From an uncultured Gemmatimonadaceae bacterium (GTDB lineage Bacteria; Gemmatimonadota; Gemmatimonadetes; Longimicrobiales; RSA9), in contig CAZUFP010000002.1 of the NCBI GenBank assembly GCA_964619835.1, forward strand, positions 48,716 to 112,715: a stretch of 64,000 nucleotides of DNA, in the 5' to 3' direction. Every line of letters starts with the position of its first letter. The first letter of the stretch is position 1. Shown piece by piece: positions 56,384 through 64,000 of the stretch. The position numbers and the translations under genes are program-made. Below the pieces are notes generated by a model that was given only the letters and a program-made list of their open reading frames with translations, ran no database searches and was not told the origin of the DNA.

Positions 56384-56818
56384 TCAGTGAACCTGTGAAG
56401 GCCGCGGTCGCTCGATGCGCACCACGTGGACGGGCGAACGTGCAATGACCGTGTCGTCCACCACGAGATGGAACTCGTAGACGCCGAACTCCGGGAACGT
56501 CACGGCGCCCAGCTGGACGATGATCTGCCCGCGCAGCCGCCCGGCCCCGGTCCGCATCATCCGGATGGGGTTGGAAGGGCTCAAGGGAACGATCTCACGG
56601 CCGTCTTCCATGAAGAGCCCGAGGCGGAACTGGTGTTCCTCCAGCTCTTCGGCGTCACCCGCCTCCAGACGTGCCACGAGGAACACCGGCGCGTGGGTGA
56701 CGGGCGCGGCGGGGGCGGCGATGGTGTCGAACTCGCCCACGATGACCAGCTTGCCTTCGCGCGTCTCCGTCACATGGTCCGCCAGCAGGGCGAATTTAAG
56801 CTCCATGGCCTGGCTCAT
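56384..56818 (-). CDS. Hypothetical protein (about 144 aa, probably all-beta)
   Basis: ATGA overlap with the upstream GNAT stop. The start reads MSQAMELKFALLADHVTETREGKLVIVGEF. No recognised domain. Confidence 0.55.
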   Translation of the reverse strand: MSQAMELKFALLADHVTETREGKLVIVGEFDTIAAPAAPVTHAPVFLVARLEAGDAEELEEHQFRLGLFMEDGREIVPLSPSNPIRMMRTGAGRLRGQIIVQLGAVTFPEFGVYEFHLVVDDTVIARSPVHVVRIERPRPSQVH

Positions 56819-57337
56819 GTCTGGAGTCCCAACCGGTACTCCATCTCGATCTCCGGGGCCCAGATGGTTGCGGGCAGGCGTTTGAAGCCCGCCTTCTGAT
56901 AGGAGCGGATGGCCGCCCGGTTGGACGGCTCCACGCTCAGCCACAACCGATCATAGCCTGCCGCACGCGCCAGGTCGACCAGCGCTCCGTTCAGCGCCGT
57001 GCCGATGCCACGGTTGCGGATGGACTGGTGCAGGAAATTCGCCAGCTCCACCGTGCCATCGTAGGGGAGCAGCATGCCGTGACCGAGCAGCGTGTCGTCC
57101 ACGATCACGATGGCGTGCAACCCCTGGCCCAGGATGGCCGCCAACCAGGCCTGGCGGGCCACGGTGTCCTGGGGCGGCAGGCCCTGCGCGATTCGCTTCG
57201 GCTCGAACGCATCGTACATCGACGCCAGCCCGGCCAGGTCATCCGGCGTCTGGCGCCGGATGGTGAACGGGTGACCTCCCTTGTCGAGAAGCGTGACGGG
57301 AAGCTCTACGGGACTCGTCAGAACCCTAACCCCCAAC
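56815..57337 (-). CDS. GNAT family N-acetyltransferase
   Basis: LHQSIRNRGIGTAL acetyl-CoA-binding motif and C-terminal AIRSYQKAGFK. The start is uncertain: TTG at 57337 would overlap the HDAC stop by 20 nt, and the longer ORF to 57498 is unlikely. Confidence 0.75.
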
Positions 57338-58526
57338 CGGTGATGATGGGCATTACCTTTCGCCGCAGGGACCGCACCGTGCGGTCGTTCACGACATCGC
57401 GCTCGGGCTGGCCCGGTGTCGGCGCCACGATTCCGGCGGAATCGCGCAACGTGGCCGGCAACGCCTGTCCCGCCTCGGCCTGCACCGATGCCAGCCACGC
57501 CGGCGGGATCTCGTCCGGCGCCTCACCGCCGCACAACGCCGCCCACGTCAGGGTCCAGGCCCTAGGCACCACGTCATACACCGCGTAGCCGCCACCGCCG
57601 GTGGCGATGATGCGTCCGCCGCAGTGCTCGTCTGCCACCGCCCCTACGACGCGCACCAGCTTTTCGAAGAGGCCGGTCGTACAGCGCAGGTGCGTCAACG
57701 GGTCCCATACGTGGGCATCACAGCCCGTCTGCAGCATGATGACGTCGGGCTGGAACGCCGAAGCCAGCTCCGGCACAAGCGCCTCGAACGCCGCCAGGAA
57801 AGAGTCGTCCCCCGTGTGCGCTTCGAGGGGCACGTTGGCGCTGTACCCGTAGCCCTCGCCCTCGCCCAGCTCCTCGATGAAGCCCGTGGCCGGGAACAGG
57901 TACAGGCCGCTCTCGTGGAACGACACCGTGAGCACGTCCGGGTCGTCGTAGAAGACCCGCTGGACACCGTCCCCGTGGTGCGCATCGTAGTCGATGTACA
58001 TCACGCGGGCGCCGTAATGCCGCTGGATCCAGCGGATGGCCACGGCCAGGTCGTTGTACACGCAGAACCCCGAAGCGCGGTCGGGCATGGCGTGGTGCAG
58101 GCCGCCGGCCAGACTGTACGCCCGCACGGCTTCACCTTCCATGACCACCTCCGCCGCCCGCAGCGTGGCACCCACGATCGCGCGAGCAGCGGCGTGCATC
58201 TCCTCCACGATGGGCACGTCGTCCGTACCCAGCCCGTAGTGCAACAGCCCCGGATCGGCAACGGCGCCCCGGCGCGACGCGCGGCGCACGGCTACCAGGT
58301 ACTCATCCGAGTGCACGCGCAGGAGATCCCGATCCGAGGCGCGGCCCGGGGAGAGGATCGGCCGACGCGCATCGCCAGCCAGGCCCAGTGCCCGAATGAG
58401 GGACACGGTGAGCTCGAGGCGGCGCGGATCCATGGGATGCCCGGGTCGGAAACGGTATCTCGCCAGGGCATCGTCCCAGATGAGAGCGGTCTGATGCACT
58501 GCCGTACGATACCCGCGCCGCGGCAC
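57318..58526 (-). CDS. Histone deacetylase-family protein (AcuC/acetylpolyamine amidohydrolase-like)
   Basis: GGLHHAM, DYDAHHGDGVQ and GGGGY motifs. GTG start at 58526. Confidence 0.9.
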   Translation of the reverse strand: MPRRGYRTAVHQTALIWDDALARYRFRPGHPMDPRRLELTVSLIRALGLAGDARRPILSPGRASDRDLLRVHSDEYLVAVRRASRRGAVADPGLLHYGLGTDDVPIVEEMHAAARAIVGATLRAAEVVMEGEAVRAYSLAGGLHHAMPDRASGFCVYNDLAVAIRWIQRHYGARVMYIDYDAHHGDGVQRVFYDDPDVLTVSFHESGLYLFPATGFIEELGEGEGYGYSANVPLEAHTGDDSFLAAFEALVPELASAFQPDVIMLQTGCDAHVWDPLTHLRCTTGLFEKLVRVVGAVADEHCGGRIIATGGGGYAVYDVVPRAWTLTWAALCGGEAPDEIPPAWLASVQAEAGQALPATLRDSAGIVAPTPGQPERDVVNDRTVRSLRRKVMPIITGWGLGF

Positions 58527-58641
58527 GGCGGCAACCGCCTGCCGTCACCAAAGACCGCGCGAAAACGTTGGGGATTGACGCGGCCGCTCCAGCGACCGAG
58601 CATCCCTGTCAGTACCTGCGACCTCTGCGGGAGGCATCCTC

Positions 58642-60423
58642 TTGAAGTACTCTCGTCCCTTCGCGCCTGTGCTCGTGTTGGTGGCGCTCGTGAGCGCATG
58701 CCGCCCTGCTTCCCCACCGCGGGAGCCTCCGCCGCAAGCGTACCAGTACGAGCCGACGCCGCAGGAGAAGCGGCTGGCGACCCAGGATTTCGACGCCTAC
58801 GCGCGCAAGTTCCTGGACTGGTACTACGCCGCTCACCCCGTGCGGGCCACCGAGCTGGGCGTCCACGAGGGCGACGGCCTGCTGCCCGATCTCAGCCGAG
58901 AGGGCGTGCAGGGCCGGATCAGCACCCTGCTGGACTGGCTCCAGAAGCAGGAAGACCTGGAACCGGGCATGCTGGAAATGCCCGACCAGATCGACTTCCG
59001 CATCATCGAATACGGCATCCGCGCGGAGCTGTTGGACCTGGAAGAGATCCGCGCCTGGGAGCACCAGCCGAGCTTCTACCTGGACGTCGTGGCTCGCGGC
59101 GTCGCGAGCCTCGCGCCGGAAGACTCCGCTTCGCGCGCCGCTCGTATGCGCAACGTCGCGGCGCGATTGGAGGACGTGCCGGACCTGCTCACCGCGGCCC
59201 GGCGCAACCTGGTCAGCGTGCCACCCCCCTGGGCGCGCGCCGGTACCAGCGAAGCCCGAGCGCTGGCCACGTACCTGCGCGGACGGGTGAGTAGCCTGTT
59301 CGACCCGGATCACGACGCCGGCCCGTTGTTGAGGAGCCAGTTCGACGGCGCCCTGGACCGTGCCGCGACTGCGCTGGACGCGTACGGGGACTGGCTGGCC
59401 AAACCCGCGTCGACGCGCGCTTCGGCGGACTACCACCTGGGGCGCTACATCTTCCTGCGCGACATCCAGTACAGGGAGCACGCCCAGCTGTCCGCGGAAG
59501 AGCTGGACCGGTTGAGCGCCGAGACCGTGGACGCCCTCCGGTCTCAGGTCCAGAAGGTTGCGGCGGAGATCGACCCGGGCCGCACGCCACGGGAACTCCT
59601 GGACTCTCTGGCCCGGGACACCCTGGGCTCCGATGAAGCGGTGGCGGCGGCGCAGGAGGACCTGGCGGCGGCGTACGATTTCGTCACCGGCAAGGACCTG
59701 GTGCCCCTGCCCTCGCTGCGGCTACCCACGGTCCGCGGCCTGCCCGCCGACATCCCGGCATCGTACGCGCCTCTGCAGATGACCGGCCCGCTCGACTCCA
59801 CGGACCTGCCCGCCTATTTCGATGTGCCGCTGCGCACAGACCGCGAAGCCCTCCGCCTGCTCGTCGTCCGGACGGTCATGCCGGGCGCGTTCGTGCAACG
59901 TTCCTACGCGGCTGCCGTGAAGTCGGAAGTCCGGCGCGCCTTCCAGCCGCGCAGCTTGCGGGGGGGATGGGGGGACTACGCCGCGCAATTGATGATGGAA
60001 GAAGGCTTCGCCACGGACGACCCCGGGCTCCGCCTGTTGCAGCTGCACCAAGCTCTGGAACGCCAGGCGGGTTGGCGTGCCGCCGTGCGCATTCACGCGT
60101 TCAATGCATCCGTGGAAGAGATGGCGGACAGCGTGGCTGCCATGGCGTACGTCAGCCCGGACACCGCCCGGTGGCTGGCAACGCGCGCCACGTACGGCCC
60201 GATCAGCTTCTCGGACGCCCTCGGTGGGCTTCAGGTGGTCGAGCTGCGCCAGGCTTATCGGGCCTACCTGGATAAGGACGACGAGACCCGTGGCACGTTC
60301 ACGCTGTCGGGCTTCCACAAGGCGTTCCTCGAGCTCGCCCTGCCCGCCCCGTTGGCGCGCCTGCTGCTCATGCCCGAACGACGGCGCACCACGCCGGACC
60401 CGGGACAGCGCCCGCGCCGGTAA
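58642..60423 (+). CDS. DUF885 family lipoprotein
   Basis: TTG start with GGGAGG 8 nt upstream, and lipobox LVSAC. The length and sequence pattern (…FLDWYYAAHPVRATELGVH…, HEAxPGH-like region MPGAF) are typical of DUF885. Confidence 0.8.
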   Translation: MKYSRPFAPVLVLVALVSACRPASPPREPPPQAYQYEPTPQEKRLATQDFDAYARKFLDWYYAAHPVRATELGVHEGDGLLPDLSREGVQGRISTLLDWLQKQEDLEPGMLEMPDQIDFRIIEYGIRAELLDLEEIRAWEHQPSFYLDVVARGVASLAPEDSASRAARMRNVAARLEDVPDLLTAARRNLVSVPPPWARAGTSEARALATYLRGRVSSLFDPDHDAGPLLRSQFDGALDRAATALDAYGDWLAKPASTRASADYHLGRYIFLRDIQYREHAQLSAEELDRLSAETVDALRSQVQKVAAEIDPGRTPRELLDSLARDTLGSDEAVAAAQEDLAAAYDFVTGKDLVPLPSLRLPTVRGLPADIPASYAPLQMTGPLDSTDLPAYFDVPLRTDREALRLLVVRTVMPGAFVQRSYAAAVKSEVRRAFQPRSLRGGWGDYAAQLMMEEGFATDDPGLRLLQLHQALERQAGWRAAVRIHAFNASVEEMADSVAAMAYVSPDTARWLATRATYGPISFSDALGGLQVVELRQAYRAYLDKDDETRGTFTLSGFHKAFLELALPAPLARLLLMPERRRTTPDPGQRPRR

Positions 60424-60542
60424 TCGCCGTCGGCCGCCCGGTCCAGGGAGGGCCCCTCCGGCTTGCATCCGGGGGGGCCTCGTCGTCTATTCGACGAAGC
60501 GCGCCACCGGCGCTTCCCCCTTCCGCCATCCGTGAGAGATTC

Positions 60543-61520
60543 ATGCAGACGAAGCGACCTGTCAGCCCCGCGGCCGAAGAGATCCTGGGCGGGTATTTCC
60601 CCGTCCTGGACCACGGATTCGTGGCCCTCGTCGACTACATGGGCAGCGACGAGGACATCGAGCGGGCTGCACGCGTCAGCTACGGATACGGCACACGCAA
60701 GGTAAGCCAGACGCGCGGGCTGATCCGCTACCTGCGCCGCCACATGCACACCACACCCAGCGAGATGGTGGAGCTCAAGTTCCACTGTTGCATGCCCATC
60801 TTCGTGGCACGCCAGTGGATCCGGCACCGGACCGCCAACGTCAACGAGTACAGCGGCCGCTACAGCCTCATGCCGCTGCTGTTCTACACGCCCGACACGG
60901 ACCACTTCTCCCTGCAAAGCGAATCGAACCGGCAGGGCCGGGCCGCGCAGCCGGCCGGCGACGCTCTGTACCGCGACGCCCTCGAGCGCTGGGAGGAGGT
61001 GCGCCGGCAGTCTGCGGAGACATACGGCTGGCTGGTGCAACAGGACGTCGCCCGGGAGATCGCGCGCATCGACCTGCCGTTGTCCACGTTTACGCAGTGG
61101 TACTGGAAGATCGATCTGCACAACCTGCTGCATTTCCTGACCCTGCGCGTCGACCCGCACGCCCAGTGGGAGATCCAGGCCTACGCCCGGGTCATGGCCG
61201 GCATGCTGAAACGCGTCGCCCCTCTCTCCTACGAGGCCTGGCTCGACTACAACCTTTCCGGCGAACGCCTGTCGTTCGCCGAGATGCAGGTCATCCGCAA
61301 CCTTCTGATCGCGGACGACACCGGCATCCGCATACGCCCCGACAGCGCTTCCCTCGACGCCGACGCCCTCACGGCCGCAGGCCTGTCAAAGCGCGAGATC
61401 GCCGAGCTCATCGAAAAGCTCCAACCGGCCCGGCGGCCCGATTTCGAGCTGGACCTGTCGCGTATGCAGAGCGCTGAAGAGATCGGCGCCAGGATGGAAG
61501 AGGCGACGCCGACGCTCTGA
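60543..61520 (+). CDS. thyX: FAD-dependent thymidylate synthase ThyX with a C-terminal extension of about 85 aa
   Basis: ThyX signature RHRTANVNEYSGRYS. 325 aa. Confidence 0.9.
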   Translation: MQTKRPVSPAAEEILGGYFPVLDHGFVALVDYMGSDEDIERAARVSYGYGTRKVSQTRGLIRYLRRHMHTTPSEMVELKFHCCMPIFVARQWIRHRTANVNEYSGRYSLMPLLFYTPDTDHFSLQSESNRQGRAAQPAGDALYRDALERWEEVRRQSAETYGWLVQQDVAREIARIDLPLSTFTQWYWKIDLHNLLHFLTLRVDPHAQWEIQAYARVMAGMLKRVAPLSYEAWLDYNLSGERLSFAEMQVIRNLLIADDTGIRIRPDSASLDADALTAAGLSKREIAELIEKLQPARRPDFELDLSRMQSAEEIGARMEEATPTL

Positions 61521-61623
61521 GCGGCCACATCCCTTGCTCTCCGACCTGCCACCCGGCGTTGCCGCATCTGCACGGCGCGAGGCCGGCTACGTGCCGGGTT
61601 GCGAACCGCGCTGCGCTCCCGGG

Positions 61624-63222
61624 TCACGCCGGGGGAGCGGAACGGGAAGCGGGGCGGCTCCCCCCATCGGGATGGCGATGCGAAGGAGCGGTCTGCGCCT
61701 TGATCTGGAGCTCGTGTGGCGCGGCGAAGGGGCGCTCCCGGGGAAGGTTCTCGTCCTCGTAGAGGCGGTGCTCCCGCCGCCGTGCGACGCCCAGAGGGTA
61801 CCGCCAGTAACGCCACGGCTGAGACAACAGCTTCCGGGCGGCCAGGGGGGCGATGAGCTCGGGCAGGTCGCCCAGCACGTCGACGCCCGTTTCCATGCGG
61901 ATTCGCTCCAGGGCCCGCATGGCCGGGCGGGTCTGTTCATCCGCGACCCGCTTCCACACGGAGCTCAGGACGTGGCGGATGCCCTGCACGGGAATGCCCT
62001 CCGTGTCCTGCTGGAAGCTCAGGGCGCGGAAGATGGGGTAGTGGAAGACGAGGTCGGCGTCCGTCTCCACCACCCAGACCCCCGGCTCGCCGTTCGCAGC
62101 AGCCTCCAGCGCGTCCGTCCTGGCGCGCTGGAGGGAGGAACGGCTGCCGAACGATTCGTACGGGATCCAGAGCTCCCGGTAATGCAGGTCGGTGACGACC
62201 CACTCCAGCGTGCCGGCTTCGGGTCCGTCGGCCCGGATCCAGAGCTCGACGCGCTCCCAGTCCCGTTCCCAGAATTTGTTCAACTCAGCGGGGCTGAGGA
62301 GGAGGTAGCGCCACACCCAGTACGTCCCGCCTTCCAACCAGTAGGGCGCGTCGCCGTCCCGGTCGTACGGGCGCCCCTCCCCGCTCGCGGTGTAGAGCAG
62401 CAACGCCGGCGGCACGGGCCGCGGCATGAAGAACCAGTCCGCCAGCAGGTAGAGGAGGTACAGCACAGCCAGGGACCAGAAGAACGCGGCCCAACCGCCG
62501 TTGCCGGACGGGCCCACCAGGCCCCAGAGGTAGCGGCCGACCGCCACGGGCAGCGCGCCGAGGATGGCGGTTGACCATTCCCGGTACACGGCGAGCATGA
62601 GGAGCACCAGGCCCGGGAATGCCAGCAGCACCCAGAAGTCCAGCGTGAGGTCCAGCAGATGGGTGGCGTGCAGCACGGGTGTGGTGATGCCCACCAGCAG
62701 AATGGCGGAGAAGGAGGCAAGGGGCAGCTTGTTGGCGGCCCAGAACAAGCTGGAATAGCCGGAAACCAGGTACGGGTCGAGGATGTTCGTGGCGAAGGTC
62801 GTGTCCCGGAGGCGGACATCCACACGGCCCTTGCCGGCGGGGCGAAGATCCAGGCGGAAGCGCTCGAGCGTTTCCTGCACCTGCTGTGCCCGGGGGCTGC
62901 CGAAGCCCAGGCGGTACTGGCCGAGGCGCCGGAAGAAGCGGAATGCCACCAGAAACGGCCCGACGAGGAAGAGGAAAACGTATGAGCGGAGTCGGGGGAT
63001 CTCGAGGTCGGGCCGGTCGACGCCCAGCCGGAACAGCGGCAGGTCAATGAAGCCGCGAGCGGAATGTCGTTCCGGCACGACGCCCTCGAGGCCCAGCACG
63101 TTCGCCCAGTAGTCGACGAACAGGTAAGGCCCCCGCAGCAGGTTCTGCTGGCGCAGCCAACCAACCAACGCACCGCCGCGCCGCGGCGCCTCATGCCGTT
63201 CGCTCATGCGGCGTCGCTCCAT
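61624..63222 (-). CDS. Hypothetical large membrane protein (about 530 aa; N-terminal multi-TM region plus a Trp/Tyr-rich C-terminal soluble domain)
   Basis: Several TM helices (e.g. SYVFLFLVGPFLVAFRFF, FWVLLAFPGLVLLMLAVY, AAFFWSLAVLYLLYLLADWFF). It starts 22 nt (ATG 63222) or 37 nt (ATG 63207) downstream of the HD-GYP gene stop. No recognised domain. Confidence 0.6.
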   Translation of the reverse strand: MERRRMSERHEAPRRGGALVGWLRQQNLLRGPYLFVDYWANVLGLEGVVPERHSARGFIDLPLFRLGVDRPDLEIPRLRSYVFLFLVGPFLVAFRFFRRLGQYRLGFGSPRAQQVQETLERFRLDLRPAGKGRVDVRLRDTTFATNILDPYLVSGYSSLFWAANKLPLASFSAILLVGITTPVLHATHLLDLTLDFWVLLAFPGLVLLMLAVYREWSTAILGALPVAVGRYLWGLVGPSGNGGWAAFFWSLAVLYLLYLLADWFFMPRPVPPALLLYTASGEGRPYDRDGDAPYWLEGGTYWVWRYLLLSPAELNKFWERDWERVELWIRADGPEAGTLEWVVTDLHYRELWIPYESFGSRSSLQRARTDALEAAANGEPGVWVVETDADLVFHYPIFRALSFQQDTEGIPVQGIRHVLSSVWKRVADEQTRPAMRALERIRMETGVDVLGDLPELIAPLAARKLLSQPWRYWRYPLGVARRREHRLYEDENLPRERPFAAPHELQIKAQTAPSHRHPDGGSRPASRSAPPA

Positions 63223-63244
63223 GCCGGGCGCGGAGCGTGCCGGT

Positions 63245-64000
63245 TCATCGGCCCAGCAGCAGCCGTTCCTCGACCCTTCCGAATGCGGTGATGACGGCCG
63301 GGTCGTAGCGGCTCCCCGCGCCCTCGGCGATCTCGTCCACCGCTTCCGACCAGAGCAGTGCCTTGCGGAACGCACGGGCCGACGTCAGCGCGTCGAGGGA
63401 ATCCGCGACCGTGACGATCCGCGCCTCAATCGGGATGGCCTGGCCTTCCAGGCCGTCCGGGTAACCTCCGCCGTCCCACCGCTCGTGGTGATGGCGGGCC
63501 ACCCCGAGGATCGTCTCGTTGTCGAACAGGTTCCGGAGCATCTCCCAGCTGCGGACCGGATGGCTCCTCACGACCTTGAACTCCTCGTCGGTCAGGCGAT
63601 CCGTTTTGTTCAGGATGGCCTGCGGAATGGAGATCTTGCCCACGTCGTGGACGCGCCCGGCCAGCCGGATCAGCTCTTCGTCCGCGCCAGGCACTTCACT
63701 GGCGATGATGCCGGCAAACAACGCCACCCGGTCCGCCCGGCCACGCGTGTAGGCATCCTTGAGCTCCACCGCGCGCACCATCTCGATCGTGGCCTTCAGC
63801 AGGTGGCGGGCCATGGACTCGTCGTCGCCCACCAGCGAGGCACGCGCGGCACGCTGCGCCAGCGCGTCATCAAACGCCGCGTCCAGCTTCCCCGGCTCGA
63901 CGGGCTCCTTGAGGACGTGGCGGCAGTCCATGCGCACCAGCTCCGGCTCCGTGCGGTCCTTCGCCACCGACAGGCCCACGAGCTCCAGCAGCGGATCATC
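63245..64000 (-). CDS. HD-GYP domain protein (c-di-GMP phosphodiesterase type); 5' end beyond the window
   Basis: HDVGKISIP and HHHERWDGGGYPDG motifs. The reading frame is still open at position 64000, and the track start at 63979 is an internal GTG. Confidence 0.85.
   Translation of the reverse strand, partial: DDPLLELVGLSVAKDRTEPELVRMDCRHVLKEPVEPGKLDAAFDDALAQRAARASLVGDDESMARHLLKATIEMVRAVELKDAYTRGRADRVALFAGIIASEVPGADEELIRLAGRVHDVGKISIPQAILNKTDRLTDEEFKVVRSHPVRSWEMLRNLFDNETILGVARHHHERWDGGGYPDGLEGQAIPIEARIVTVADSLDALTSARAFRKALLWSEAVDEIAEGAGSRYDPAVITAFGRVEERLLLGR

Noticed and set aside
1-64000. Search for tRNA, rRNA, CRISPR arrays, transposases, integrases and prophage genes
   Set aside because: I found no cloverleaf-like sequence in any intergenic region, no spaced direct repeats, and no DDE/tyrosine/serine recombinase motifs in any frame I inspected. 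The window looks like core chromosome rather than a mobile island.

Overview
The window is a very GC-rich, gene-dense bacterial chromosomal segment. I call about 60 protein-coding genes, mostly short-gapped or translationally coupled (ATGA/GTGA overlaps). I saw no rRNA, tRNA, CRISPR array, transposase, integrase or phage genes. The many long alternative-frame and antisense ORFs in the six-frame track are the shadow ORFs expected at this GC content. An orphan duplicated FtsX-type (ADOP-like) permease, a long-form IspH and DUF885 loosely suggest a Gemmatimonadota/Acidobacteriota-like organism, but that is only a guess.

Recognisable content:
- A complete SUF Fe-S assembly cluster: sufC-sufB-sufD-Rieske-sufS-sufU.
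- glcDEF (glycolate oxidase) fused into a long co-directional gene string.
- Housekeeping genes: ispH, thyX, arfB, a thiolase, a PduO-type adenosyltransferase and a ferredoxin.
- Several peptidases: M20 x3, M42, S41, S13/PBP4 and S66.
- Three c-di-GMP proteins: one GAF-GGDEF and two HD-GYP.

Most interesting candidate: a seven-gene minus-strand cluster at 2688-9505, built around a serine-palmitoyltransferase-like alpha-oxoamine synthase. Its partners are an NAD-dependent epimerase/reductase, a large GNAT/FemAB-like acyltransferase, an Aur1/Ipt1-like PAP2 membrane protein, a BioA-like class III aminotransferase, a CPBP protease and a membrane-tethered zinc-ribbon protein. I read it as a sphingolipid/ceramide-type or novel amino-lipid pathway.

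Other points worth a second look:
- An HDAC-GNAT-unknown-DoxX operon.
- A TPR / disordered linker / HD-GYP / pseudo-receiver / DUF4388 protein.
- An HD-GYP gene paired with a 530-aa unknown membrane protein.
- An in-frame TAG in the FtsX-type permease.
- A (GTCCCC)n hexanucleotide repeat encoding (Gly-Asp)6 in a DASS transporter.
- Regulatory structure inside and upstream of the suf cluster.

All functional calls rest on motifs I could read in the translations. No database search was run.
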